Of a DNA stretch of 64,000 bases, positions 52,426-64,000 are shown in pieces. The DNA lies in NCBI GenBank assembly GCA_028534125.1, contig CM052817.1, positions 32,428,001-32,492,000 on the forward strand. Reading direction: 5' to 3'. The stretch's first letter is position 1; each line of letters opens with the position of its first letter. The translations under genes were made by a program, and so were the position numbers. Source of the stretch: Lama glama. Taxonomy: Eukaryota. Under the pieces are notes generated by a model. The model was given only the letters and a program-made list of their open reading frames with translations. It was not told the DNA's origin and did no database searches.

Positions 52426-53649
52426 GTAACCAGAGTGAGGTGGAAAAATGGAGTTGTCCAAGTCTGAGTAGCGATCTGAATGTGAACCAGAGAAGAAGGG
52501 AAGCCACAGTAGGAGAAGTAGCAGCAGCAGCAGCAGCATCTTCTCACCCAGCTGGCCGTCTCTCTGCCCCACTGGACTGCAAAGTCCCTCCAAAGCCAGG
52601 TCTCTGTTCACGTCTCCATGGCATCAGCGTGCTTGGTTCATGGAGGCTGCTCAGTTAGCACTTGGGAAACAAATCCATGTTGAATAGTAGAAAGAAAAGC
52701 ATACCTTTTGACTCTAATGGGTGTTGGTAATAGTAACCCATGGTAAATAGTTACAACTTTTGAAACTAAGCTGGAACTTCTCTGTGTTCAGTTTTCTTGT
52801 CTGTGAAAGTACAGTGTATGCAGCAAAGATTGCTGATCACCACCCAGTGTCCATCTTGGTTAGGAATGCTCCTTTGATGGATACACCTCGTCTCACAGCT
52901 GCTCTCTAGGGAGTCTGCAGTCTGGCTCCTAGAGGATTCTGACTTATACCCTGAAGAAGCTTCATTTAATCCTAGAGTTGAGAAGGAAATAGCCCGGGTG
53001 ACATCTCACCAGTCCTGAATCCCAGTCGTGCGACAGCAGATTAACCACATATGAGTAACTAAGAGCTAGGGGTGGGCAACCTCAGTTTGCAAGCCTTGCT
53101 TTAAATGACTTTCTAACTGGAAGTACCCAGAGTAGAGCAGGTGTGGTCAATTGGAAGTGCTGAGAACACATCAGGGTCGTCACGGCTTCATGAAGAGACT
53201 TTGAGCAGCAAATGAAAAAGCATTGTCATTATTTAGCACATCGATGCTTTGAAAGCTGTCCTTTGATATCTTTGCTTTTTTTAAAATGTCCTTTGAAAAA
53301 TATTACAAAATGGAGTGTTCCATTAAGAAGTGATAAAAAAATATATTTTTATTTTGAAAAAAATATTGAGGGACTTTGTAAATAACACTGATAGATTCTG
53401 ATTTTTATGAGTAATATGATTGCCCACTATTAGAATTGAGTATTTCTTTTGTCTGAGGAAGGTAAATGTTTGTTCTCCCAGGCCCACCAAACAAAAGGAC
53501 TCACAAAGTATCCTTTAAATAACATACTGCCCTAGTGTTTATAAAATCGGATTAAATACTCAGAAATTAGGATTCAAATACATATGCAGCTATCACAATG
53601 CCCCAAAATGCATGGCTCTTTTGATGTCTTGTCCTAAATAACGGTAACA

Positions 53650-53870
53650 TGAGCTATGAACAACCGTGTGACCCAAGGAGAACTTGACCTTCCATGCCCA
53701 GCTCTCCAATGTCAAAACACCACCACCAGTAGCATTTTCAGAGCCAACCCTCACCACAGATTGCTATATGCCATATATAAGTCCCAAATTCCTCCTGCCA
53801 AAGCAAGAGAATCTTTATGCCCTGAAGATGTTCAGAGGAGGGGCCTCTCTCAAGTTCCCTACTTAAATAG
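53650..53870 (+). pseudogene. Probable terminal RGS exon remnant
   Basis: Reads PPVAFSEPTLTTDCYMPYISPKFLL, resembling the RGS F..A......L....YP.FL end. Boundaries uncertain. Confidence 0.4.
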
Positions 53871-53879
53871 ATATTACTG

Positions 53880-53943
53880 CGTGCGCACGCACACTCACAC
53901 ACACATGCACATGCACACATAAGCACACACACACACACACACC
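53880..53943. repeat. Imperfect (CA)n microsatellite
   Basis: gcacgcacactcacacac...cacacacacac. Confidence 0.9.
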
Positions 53944-55354
53944 TCAACATTAGGAATGACTAAAACCAGCGTAAGACAAATGACCTCCTTGTCATATGGG
54001 GCCCCAGCCAGCCCTTAAGGAGCCAGATGTAGGACACGGGGCATCTGTTAAATGAAACCTGGGTCAGGTGCCTACGTCTGTACCAGCCTCCTTGATGCTC
54101 AGGCAAGACATTGTTAACTTAGATCAACACCATTCCGTTCTTGGTAGGGTGTGGTTTTTAATGCACACAGGCCACCCTTCAGTCATTTCCAAGCATCCCT
54201 GTTCATCCCTGTTTAGCTCAGGCTGGTGGCTCCTGCTCTGTGTAATAATCTGCTCGCCGGCCAGAGATGAAGTCATGGTACTGGCTTTACGAGCCCTTGC
54301 AGCTGAACCATATACCCAGGGACTCTCACTGGAGCAAGAAAATGTGCCTGCAGAACCACACTAGTCGGTTCTGATGGTGCCAGGGAGCGGCCTCTTTTCC
54401 TGAGGGGTCCTTCATCCCTCTAGAGGTCAGTCTCCAGGCCTCCCGGCCAGCGGGGCAGTCCAGCGCCACTCCTGAGCTTTCCTCCAGATCCCGCCCTGCA
54501 CGGCCGCTGGGGCCAGGTTAGAGCTTGTTCCATCTGTGTCCTACTGTTTCCTCCAAGTGGGAGCCTCATGGAGCCAGGTTCTTGTTGGATAAAATATTCA
54601 GATGAGTGTTCACATTGTTCTAGAATTTTTTATTTCCCCTGGTCCATTCTGTGCTCTCTGTTGGAAGGCAATAAAGAAGCCTATTTCCCTCTGTCTTTGG
54701 AATGAGTCAATTAATTTCTATGAAGCACTCGTCCTACATTTAGCAAAAGAACGAGACAAGAGCAGTAAGGAAGGATGAGGATACGGAAGAGAATGACAAA
54801 ATGTGTGACGGAGAGCTATTTCTTTAACAGCCATCAGTATCAGGCATCTATTAATATGGGGATATGAGTATATAGGTACTGACATTTAGTTGATTATAAT
54901 ATACTAATAAAATTAAATTAAAACATAGAAATGGGATTTTTAAATATGCTAACAGAATATTGATTTTTAAAATGGTTACTTATATACCTTTTCTATTGCT
55001 CTGTGTATTAAAAGGGTTATATATTTAAAAGAATCCTTAGATGTTTTTCTAAAGTCAACGGGCTCCTCCCTCACACTTCTCCAGGGTTTAGCTGTCTGGG
55101 ACAAATCTCCTTGATTGACAACCCTTCTAGGAAGAGTTGAGAGGAAGAAGAGGTGGGGGTAGCCGTGAGCCCAGCATTCGCTGGTTTAGGATGTGCTGAG
55201 TGATGCCATGAACTGATAAGTAAGCTAACTCCCCATTCCTCCCACTTGTCTTGAGTCTGGGTGCAGAGACAAAGGGAGAAGGAACCAAGTGAGATTTATT
55301 TGAGAGCTGTATGACCATTCCATCTCATTCTCTAAATGATTAATAGGGTATAAA

Positions 55355-55829
55355 CATTACCCGAGGCAAGTTCATGTGCCTGGCGCACCATGAAGCCAAA
55401 CAAATAGAGAGGTTGGAGTTTGGAGCAGAGAAAGGTTTTTGCAGGGCTGAGCAAGGAGGATGGGGTGGCCCATGCCCAAGAAAACCACGAACTCCCTGAA
55501 GGGTTTCAGCAAAGCATATTTAAAGGCCAGGTGAGGGAGGAGGGTCGCAGGTGCGTGATCAGCTCGTGCACGATTCTCTGATTGGTTGATGTTGAGGTAA
55601 CAGGACGGTCAACACCATCAACCCCTGGTCGCCAGAAGGTCTGGGGGCCACGTGCTCACGATCATCAAGTAGTTCGTTTCTTCCCTTTGGTGGTGGTATT
55701 TGGCATCTGAAAATCTCAGGAAATATGCATGAGATACTATCATCTGGGTAGTTCAGAGAGGAGCTGCAGCAGAGGATACAGGGAAGGGGTCTGTCCCGGG
55801 AAGGCCCCACAAGGTCTTGCTCAGTTACA
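55355..55829 (-). mobile_element. ERV1-like solo LTR
   Basis: ggagtttggagcagagaaaggtttttgcagg...ctctgattggttgatg...gctcagttaca. Confidence 0.75.
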
Positions 55830-56964
55830 AAAAGAGTTATGCATTTGTGAGTTTGTTTGTTTGGTTTTTTTTTTTTCCCATTAAGAAAGAGCACAGATAA
55901 GGATAGGCTTAATGGCCTTACTATAAAACAGAAGGTGTCTGTGGTGGGTCAGCAGGAAGGGGTTTAGTTGGGGACATTGAGGCCCTGAGGGGAACTGTTT
56001 CTTGAGGTCTCTGGCACTGACTTCACGGGCTACCTCAAAGGTGGACATATCTTTAGGTGTATCCCATGTTCCACCTGTGTTCTTCCAAAGGCACCTGGAA
56101 TCCTGCAGGAGCGCAGCCTCCTGGAAGGGGAGCTGGCAGCAGATACCATAATCTCTTTTCATCTGAACTAAAACCAGGAATCGCCAAAGGCTTGAACAAA
56201 GGCAGGCTGAGGATGCCCAAGAATCTGCAAAGATGCACACCTCATCTGACACTGGGGATGGGGGTTTGTCCTCTAGTTGGCAGGAAGATGTGTGAGCAGC
56301 CAACATGCCTTTTACAAAAAAAAAAAAATGCAAATACTTATAGCAATTGATTTGCATTCAAGCAGAAGCAGATGAAGTAAAGTGGTAAAAACATCTTGCT
56401 TCGATAGCACTTTACACTGAAATAATATAAATGATGCTTCAAAAGTATTTAACTCCAGGCGACGCTAAGGCACACACATGCCTCGCTACTGGGGAGTATA
56501 AATTGGACAAGCCTTCTGGGGGACAAGTTGCTAATACATATCACAAATGTTAAACATATATAACCCTCTGGAAATTCCACCGCTAGGAATGGATACTATA
56601 GAAACAATCAGATACACCCACAAACATCTATGGGCAATAATGCTCCTTGTAATGTTATTTTTAATGGAAAAAATGGCGAAAAGTATTTAAACATTTCAAC
56701 AATGAGGGATTGATTAAAAACTTATGCCTAGACATTAGAATATTAGGCAGCTGTATTTTAAAGGAATCCAATGAAAATTGTTTAAAAATATTAAAAGTAA
56801 TTTTTAGAAAAAGATATTAGATGAAGTAGTGTTCATGATAAAATGTTGGTTTTTAAAATGTAGATAACAAACTTTATATACAGGATGAACCCACTTTAGG
56901 GAAAAAACCCTCAAATTACATATCCATCATTTATTGAGCACCTAAGCAGGGAAGAGAAAGAATT

Positions 56965-57466
56965 TGTTACTGAATCCGAACTTGTTCTGCTCACTCCACG
57001 AAAGGTCAGTACATGGGGAGACATGGTGTTGGGGCAAGTAATAATTGACTTTATTGGGAAAGCCAGCAGACCAAGAAGATGCGGGACTAATGTCCTAGAG
57101 AACCATCTTCCCCAAGTCAAAATCCAGGCTCCTTTTATACTAAACAGGGGAGGGGTGTGCGGTTAGGTGTTGGAAACTTGCTGGTGTCGAAATCCTTTGT
57201 TCTTGACGCTGTCCTCTAGGTCAGGTCATGATGTTCCTGTAGATCTTCTCTGTTTTGCAACTTTTTATCTCTATATGAATGGAAAAGTGTTATAACCTTA
57301 AAGGTCAGAGCCTTGAGAATGAGCTGTCCTATGTTCCTTAGGCTATGGGCAACATTCTTTTATAAAAGGTGTAGAACCAGCATGACTAAACACAGGAAAC
57401 AGAGCACAGGGTTAGAGCTCAAGGAACAGAGCTAACATGTAGCCAGGTTTGTTCTTCCCTCCTACA
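56965..57466 (-). mobile_element. ERV1-like solo LTR inserted in an old L1ME
   Basis: tgtta...ca termini; reverse-strand AATAAA (actttattgg) and TATA box (ccttttatac). Confidence 0.8.
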
Positions 57467-57629
57467 AACTGAACAAGGTAGACATAGGAAACTTAGTATG
57501 AGTACATCAGGTAGAAGGATATATTAAATGCATTAATAGCGATTATTTCTGTGGCATGGTATTGTTGGGTGTCTTTAATTTTCTTCATTGTCCTTTTTGT
57601 ATTTTGTAAAATTTCCAAAAATGAGCATG

Positions 57630-58077
57630 TGTCACTGACCAGGGTTCTTGGCCTCTTTAATCAATAGAAATTGATAAGAGGTCAGACCAAAAGTTCAGGC
57701 AAGGCTTTAATGGGACTTGTGCTACAGCCTGAGGGAGTAAAAACAAGTAACAAGTGCCCTTGCTCGCTCCCTGAGGGCAGCGAACTGGTCCCTTAAATGG
57801 GGCTAGGGCCGGAGCGGCTCCAGGGGTCAGGTTGGAGGAGTGGCTTATGTGGTCTGCCCACCTGCTTGGGGGCGCTGTGTGCAGGGATCATGTGCAGTAC
57901 CCTGCTTCTACTCCCGTCACCTCAGAAGTGACAGTTGGGTTTTTGGTCTTTTTGTTTCTTATTGCTCATAATGCCCCAACTGCGCATGCACACAGCTATT
58001 TTTTTGTATTCTGTTGTTCGGTCCTGGTGCAAGCATTGCAACCCAGGGTCCCATGTCCCACGTCCCAGCCTGTCTAA
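57630..58077 (-). mobile_element. ERV1-like solo LTR with 4-bp TSD CATG
   Basis: catg at 57626-29 and 58078-81; removing the insert restores the L1ME tail aatgagcatgtattatttt. Confidence 0.8.
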
Positions 58078-59451
58078 CATGTATTATTTTAAAATCAAAA
58101 TACAAATGGAAAAAAAAGTTCTATGTGGTTTTCCATTGAACTTTCAAGAATTCACAACATGAGAAAGCACTAGTTTGCTGCTCGGCACTTCCAGATACTC
58201 TTTCCTTTGCTGAGGAAGCACATTGACAAGGGGAGGAGCCGTGTGGGTGGGGCAAAGGGAGGAGGGAAGCAAAAGAAAATGGGCACTGTGTGGTCAACTC
58301 CTGATGGCTTCTGGGGAAGTAACGGTCCAAGGTGGAAAGATTCCATCAGACCTAAGTTAGAAGAGGGAACTTGAAATCCTAAGAACATCTCTCACTCCCG
58401 GTTCTGTAGCTCATGTCCTCTCCCATTTCTTGGGTCCCATTCCTCAACTGTAATGAGGGCTAGTAGTCCCTCTCACCCAGTAGGCTGCAGAGTGGCTCTA
58501 GGCTTTGGGACCTATCAGCAAAGAGTGCTATGGTGTAGACAGTTGAGCTTGGGCCACTGGGAACAGATACATGGATAAATGAGTGGGTGAGTTAATAAGG
58601 AGTTATCCAAAAAATGTCAACAGTAGCCCCTGCTAAAAGACGAAAAATGCTTACAATATTTTTAGACTCAGAAAAGTCATATTCTTCTTGGTAAGTGACA
58701 AAATGCCAGGAAGCTAAATTTAAGCAAAGTTTTGTGAAAGGGGAGTTGCTAGTAAAAAGATAAGCTTTACAGGTCTATTATTCTTTTAAAAAATGTATTT
58801 ATTCATCCATTTAACAAAGATTCCTGAATGCCTTCCCTGTGCCTGGCGCTGTGCTGGAGCAGGGTGACAAAGGGAGAAGGGGGTGCAGGTGACTGTGGTT
58901 GGAGCTGTGAGCTGTCATGGAAACTGGCAGGTTTTTTCATGTATTCAGTCTTCATTAATCCAAGAGACGTTGTAAACCCCTCACCGTCTGCACCAGGCAT
59001 GGTGCTTGGCACTCAGTTCTTTCTCTTGATGATCAGCCAGCCTGGGGATGGGGAGGAATATGAGAAAATCAATATCTGAAATAGGAAGCCCAGTTTAGCA
59101 GGGAGGGGTCCGGAAAAGCTTCTGCGATGAGATGATGCTTGTGCTGGGCTGTGGAGGAGACATTCATTCATTCAGTCTCTCTTCTATTCAACAAATACGG
59201 ATGGAGTTTTACTTTGGGCTGGGCATTGTACAGGGTGCTGAAGACAAGCTGATGACTAAAACAGATGTGATCCTTCATTTTTCAGTCTAGCGGGAGAGAG
59301 ATAATAAACACATAAAACAATACAAAAGCAAGTACACCAAATGTTTATGGCTGTGAAAGGCACAGGGGAGGATATAAACAGGATACTGTGATGGAGAATG
59401 GCAGGGGTGGCAGCCAGGGAGGACAGCCCTCCTGAATTTAGACTGAGTGGA

Positions 59452-60010
59452 AGCTATTTACAAGAGCCAAGACATGGAAACAACCCAAATGTTCATCGAC
59501 AGATGACTGGATAAAGAAGCTGTGGTATGTTTATACAATGGAATGCTATTCAGCCATAAAAAAGAATAAAATAATGCCATTTACAGCAACATGGATTGAC
59601 CTCCTGGAGATTGTCATTCTAAGTGAAGTAAACCAGGAAAAGAAAGAAAAATACCATATGATATCACTTATATGTGGAATCTTAAAAAAGGAGACAAATG
59701 AACTTATTTACAAAACAGAAGCAGACTCACAGACATAGAAAACAAATTTATGGGTACCAGTGGGGGAAGGGAAGGAAAGGGATAAATTGGGAGTTCAGGA
59801 TTTGTGGATACTAACTAATATATATAAAATAGATAAACAGCAAGTTTCTACTGTATAGCACAGGGCACTATATTCAATATCTTGTAGTAACCTGTAATGA
59901 AAAAGAATATGAAAACAAATATATGTATGTATATGCATGACGGAAACATAATACGGTACACTAGAAATTGACAAAACATTGTAAACTGACTACACTTCAA
60001 TTAAAAAAGA
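59452..60010 (+). mobile_element. L1 3' end (ORF2 C-terminus MECYSAIKKNKIMPFTATW, 3'UTR) inserted in an L2
   Basis: ORF 59538-59738 is the recognisable L1 ORF2 tail; ends tacacttcaattaaaaaa. Confidence 0.92.
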
Positions 60011-62734
60011 AATACAGTGGGAGGACAGTCTGCAAAGTGCTCTCTGAGGAGAGAGAGCTGGGACCCAAAGGTTGCGAAGCACCCAGCCATGCAAAGCACT
60101 AGGGAAAGAGCATTCCCAGCCAAGAAAACGGCAACTGCAAACATCCTGAGGCAATGACAAGAGACAGGAAGGAGGCCAGTGTGGATGGAGCACTGGTACT
60201 CGAGGTGAAATGTGCGCAGGTGAACTGGGCCAGGCTATGCTGGATCTTGTGAGCCTTGGTGAGGGTAGGCCACCAAGGGGCAGAAGAGTGACAGATCTTT
60301 CAGACAGAGGTTTATGCTTTAAAGCCACCCAACCCATATGCTACTCTCAGAGAATGGACTGAGGGGAGGGGAATGGGGGGGGCAGGAGTAGAAGCAGAGA
60401 GATCTGTGAGGTGGCTTCTGCAATAGTCCTGGTTAGACCATGGTGGCATGGAGGTGAAGTGAATTAGTAAGGAGGACTGGGGAAGCAGCAGTGGGGAGTC
60501 TTCTGGGGAGAGGAAATAATTTGTGGAAATAAGGGTGAACAGACATTTTAGGAAATATCATGTAGTTTGGAAACCAAGGTAGAAAAGTGAGGGAAATGGT
60601 CAGATCGTAAATGGTATTCTATTCCAGAATAAGGAGGTGAGATATTATCCTGAGGGCAATAGAAAACAACTGGAGAATTTTCATCAGGAAAGTTCCATGA
60701 ACAGAATTGAGCATTAGAGAGATGTGTTGGAAGATGGCTTCAAGATAAGTGGCGGGGCCACTGGAGGTAGGCAAGACCAGTGGTGCTGAGACCAGCTAGG
60801 AGGCTGTTGCTCTTAAGAAGGACTGAGGCAGGGAAACCTGGTTCTGTTACTTCCTGGCTGTGTGACCTTGGGCAACTTACTTAACCTCTCTGAGCTTTAG
60901 TTTGCTCAACTACACATTTGGGAATACTACTTGACAAACTTTTCATGAGGATTACATGAAATGGTAGTGGTAAAATTACATTTTATCATTTCATGAAGAT
61001 TATGGTAAATAGATGAAATGGCAAATGCAATTAGGATTACATTAAATGGTACATAGTTCTAAAGTGCACCCTCAAATATTTAATATTGCACAATAATTAG
61101 CCATTCATCCACTGCCTGATTATATCTCTACTCCATACAATTTGATTAAAGCATACAAAGTAAAGTAAATAAAAACTGGAAAAAAATAATGGTATTTCAT
61201 GTTTCCTCATAAACTGGAAATAAAAAGTTGGCTAAATTTTTATTTATCCATTGAATCAGCATTAAAAATCAGAGAAAGGAAGTAAGTGTCAATTGTATCT
61301 ATGAGATGAAATTCTGTAATCTCCTTGAAGGTATTAGATGAAGTCTGATGCCAGGATTGCAAAGAGATTTTCCCCCAGTTAAGACTGTGCATTGCATGGG
61401 TGGCAAGGACAATCCTGAAATACAGATATGAATCCTTTATCTGGAGCTCATGGTGAAATGTGTTTCAAAATCAAAATTTTTTAAATTTTAGCAAGACAAT
61501 GTGGTGAATATGCTATGTGTTACATAACACCCTGGTCTGGGGTTGTTACTATTTCTGCAGCAAAACGTAAGAATATTCATACTAAGAGGAGCAAACAGAA
61601 ACCCAGAGAGAGCTTCAGCTTAGTTTAGGAATGATTTAAACTCATTCTTACTAAATGAGTTTGTGTCTAACTTGGAAATAACTTTTCTTGCTCAGACTTT
61701 GGGGATTTTTGAATTGTTTTTGAGAGACTGGGGATGTAATGCATTCCCCTGGATGTTGTGTACTTTCCTTCACAGGGCCCACAGCAGCTGCAGGGGGACT
61801 GGGCTGTAGGGGATTCAGATCCAGCCCCTTCCTTTATCCAGACACCCTCTGATCTCTGACCTCTGACCTCCCTCCTGCCACTGAACCCGACCCTGCACTG
61901 GAGGCTTCTTTATTCATGAAGCCCTGGAGTTGCTCTTCGAAATCAAAGCTGTGACCCTGTCCCCACCCTGTCTACCACTGATGTCTGAACTTCAGTCCCA
62001 CATAGCTCAAGTGCCCTCCTCCAGGACCCTGATGTCCAGGTAGGTATTCTGGGGCGGCTAAGTGATTTTTGGTTTGCCCGGCAAATCTCTGGGGCATGGT
62101 GGTAAGTAGCTTACATTATCAGCCTGCAATTTCTAATCCCAGCTCCTGCATTTCCAGACATTTTTCTATGTAAGTTTTGGGGTGGGAAAATTCACTCAGA
62201 CTACATTCAAATGTGCAGGGAAAAAAATAGTAGTTTCTTTACTAACTGATGATTGATTTGAGTCTCCTCACAAGCTCCCTACCTGACTAGGGAGAAATGG
62301 GGGTTGGATACAATTAGTCCAATTGGATCAACTCTTCTATATTATGGACAATCTGTTGAGGTAACATAGTCCCCTGTGGATCTGTGTAGTCAGCTTCTCA
62401 CGTCTTCCTCATCTACTTCTCATCATCCCTGAGATAACACCGGGCTATGATGTATAGTTGAGCCCCTTGGTTACAGCAGAAATTTTCCAATGGCAGATAC
62501 AAGGAACTGACTATAGTTGAGAAAACCACACCCAGCCTTACACTGAGTAACTCAGATATATCACGTGGGCTAAAGTCCTTTATCCTTGGGGTTCCTCTCA
62601 TCCTACCTGACACATCCTTCTGTCTTAGAGCAGAGACTGAGCTCTAAGTGTCCTTATCTGGCCTCTTCCTCCCTGTCCCTCTCCATAGTTTATCTGCACA
62701 TTAATGTGGGCTTTTGACTTCCCCCAACTTCCAG

Positions 62735-63006
62735 TTAGAAAATAAATAAGTCATGTAATATTCAGGATGTAATATAAGGATGTAATATTCAGCATGGTAA
62801 ACTATAGTTAATAACACCATACTGCATATTCAAAAGTTGCTAAGAGAGTAGATCTTAAAAGTTACAAGAAAAAATGTAAATATAGTGACAGATGGTAATA
62901 GACTTATTGTAATCCTTTCACAATATATACAAATATTGAATCACTGTTGCACATCTGAAGCTAATATAATGTATGTCAATTACATCTCAATTAATAAAAA
63001 AAAAAC
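62735..63006 (+). mobile_element. L1MA-like 3' end
   Basis: aaagttgctaagagagtagatcttaaaag...tgtcaattacatctcaattaataaaaaaaa. Confidence 0.8.
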
Positions 63007-63379
63007 CTTTGAACAGTACTTTGCTTTCACGTTCAGCCTGTAAAATCCTATCCTGAGTTGTGAACATGAAAATGCAAAAAGAGAAATGCTCATTCATAGG
63101 TTTTGAAATATCACCTCTCAGGACCCATACAAAAAAGGGGAAAGGATTTACGGCAAGATATTTATAGTGTTTATAACTGTATGACAAGATTATGTGATTT
63201 TTTAAATCTTATTTTGATTTTCCTTATTCTCTGACTTTTCTATGATGAACATATACTACTTGGTTACATTTTTTTAAAGTCATGTTTTCAATATGCCTGT
63301 AGCACTATCAGTTGGGAAAAAGCAAATTACAGTCTCTGTGGGAACTAATTTAAACTTGTCAGAGCAGTTAAATTAATTA

Positions 63380-64000
63380 GGTCTTAACTGACGTTTAACA
63401 GCCAGCGTGGCAGGCCTGATACAACTTACAGGGACTTAGAAAATTGGGCCTAATAGCCTGCAGACTGTCGCCCTGCAAAGCCGGCTCAATTCAGGGCAAA
63501 CACTGTGTCCGGCAGGGTTCCGCAGGACACCTCCGCATTTCAGCTGGTTCTTTTTCCTGGAGAGGGGCGGCGCGGGGGGGGGGGTTTCTGAGATAGGACA
63601 CAAGCCTGTTTTTGTCCTCGTTCCTTCTTTGCGAATTTTAGCGAGGGGATTGCTGCAGGCCCTGCTAGAATATTTCACATGTGGATCATTGTCAATAAAT
63701 CCTGGGGGGCACTTTTTCTCCCATAACAAAGAGGGACTAGAGCTCACTTTTTTGGTAAGTAGATTTCCTCGAAAAATGAAAACATAAGAGTTTGATTGAA
63801 TATCCTGGAGGAAAGATGCACTCCAGGGTTTCCAGGAAGGGGTGACGTTCTCAAGTAGAAGGAGGAGAGGGGCTTTGTTGCTGTCACGGTAGCGGTGGCC
63901 CCTGGCCAGTCCTGGGACAGATGGCAGGGGGTAGAGGGTGGGTGGTGGGGAGTGAGGAGACAAGGAGAGGGACCGAGTGTGCCTTGCAGAGTCATCTGAC
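63380..64000. promoter_or_regulatory. CpG/GC-enriched promoter- or enhancer-like segment (edge of the next regulatory region)
   Basis: Non-repetitive with elevated CpG; GC box GGGGCGG at ~63563, TGACGT half-sites, TTCN3GAA at 63765 and 63830. Confidence 0.45.

Larger units (their letters stand above)
4592..53870 (+). pseudogene. Decayed multi-exon (unitary, non-processed) pseudogene of an RGS22/RGSL1-family multi-RGS-domain protein
   Basis: Colinear exon remnants with polypyrimidine-AG acceptors and GT donors. Translations match family motifs in the expected order: DYFYSFLSLP; WxxRxRxxxFxxxD; LLQNAFWQVL; PWRKLAS; GCYFSKNYLSNE; LFPRFL; HALSASA; LAD..PWR; LQSLNQYVLISENRTWLKD; ILRFWYLVQ; EFLLFERHLE..WYILEKYIVP. 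Most exons carry stops or frameshifts. Homology judged by eye. Confidence 0.72.

Noticed and set aside
4592..53870. Calling the locus RGS22 or RGSL1 itself, or an intact CDS
   Set aside because: Similarity to either is limited to motifs, far below what mammalian orthologues would show. The module is triplicated and there are many stops and frameshifts, so no gene symbol is given.
59538..59738. 66-aa ORF
   Set aside because: L1 ORF2 C-terminal remnant, not a host gene.
1..64000. Prokaryotic-type systems (CRISPR arrays, operons, IS elements)
   Set aside because: The sequence is clearly mammalian; there are no spaced direct-repeat arrays or dense ORFs.

Overview
Mammalian genomic DNA, most likely a camelid: it carries recurrent tRNA-derived SINEs of the camelid type (GGGGAGGGTATAGCTCAGTGGTAGAG...GGGTTCAATCCCCAGTACCTCC...AAATAAATAAACCTAATTACCTCCCCC) and artiodactyl-type L1 3' ends. 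Much of the window is interspersed repeats (L1, L2, MIR, MLT/ERVL LTRs, MER2/MER5/MER20 DNA transposons, three ERV1-like solo LTRs). I see no intact protein-coding gene; most listed ORFs come from repeats or chance. The main finding is a ~49 kb, + strand, intron-containing fossil gene (~4.6-53.9 kb). About 20 splice-site-bounded exon remnants, read through stops and frameshifts, give in colinear order the N-terminal signature of the RGS22/RGSL1 family (EELLSADYFYSFLSLPDSSEP; WM*RTRRFLFSICDF). Three tandem copies of a two-RGS-domain module follow. This looks like a decayed unitary pseudogene of a third, larger multi-RGS-domain paralog. The RGS22/RGSL1 comparisons were made by eye against sequences recalled from memory and need confirmation by search. 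The window ends in a CpG/GC-rich, promoter-like segment.
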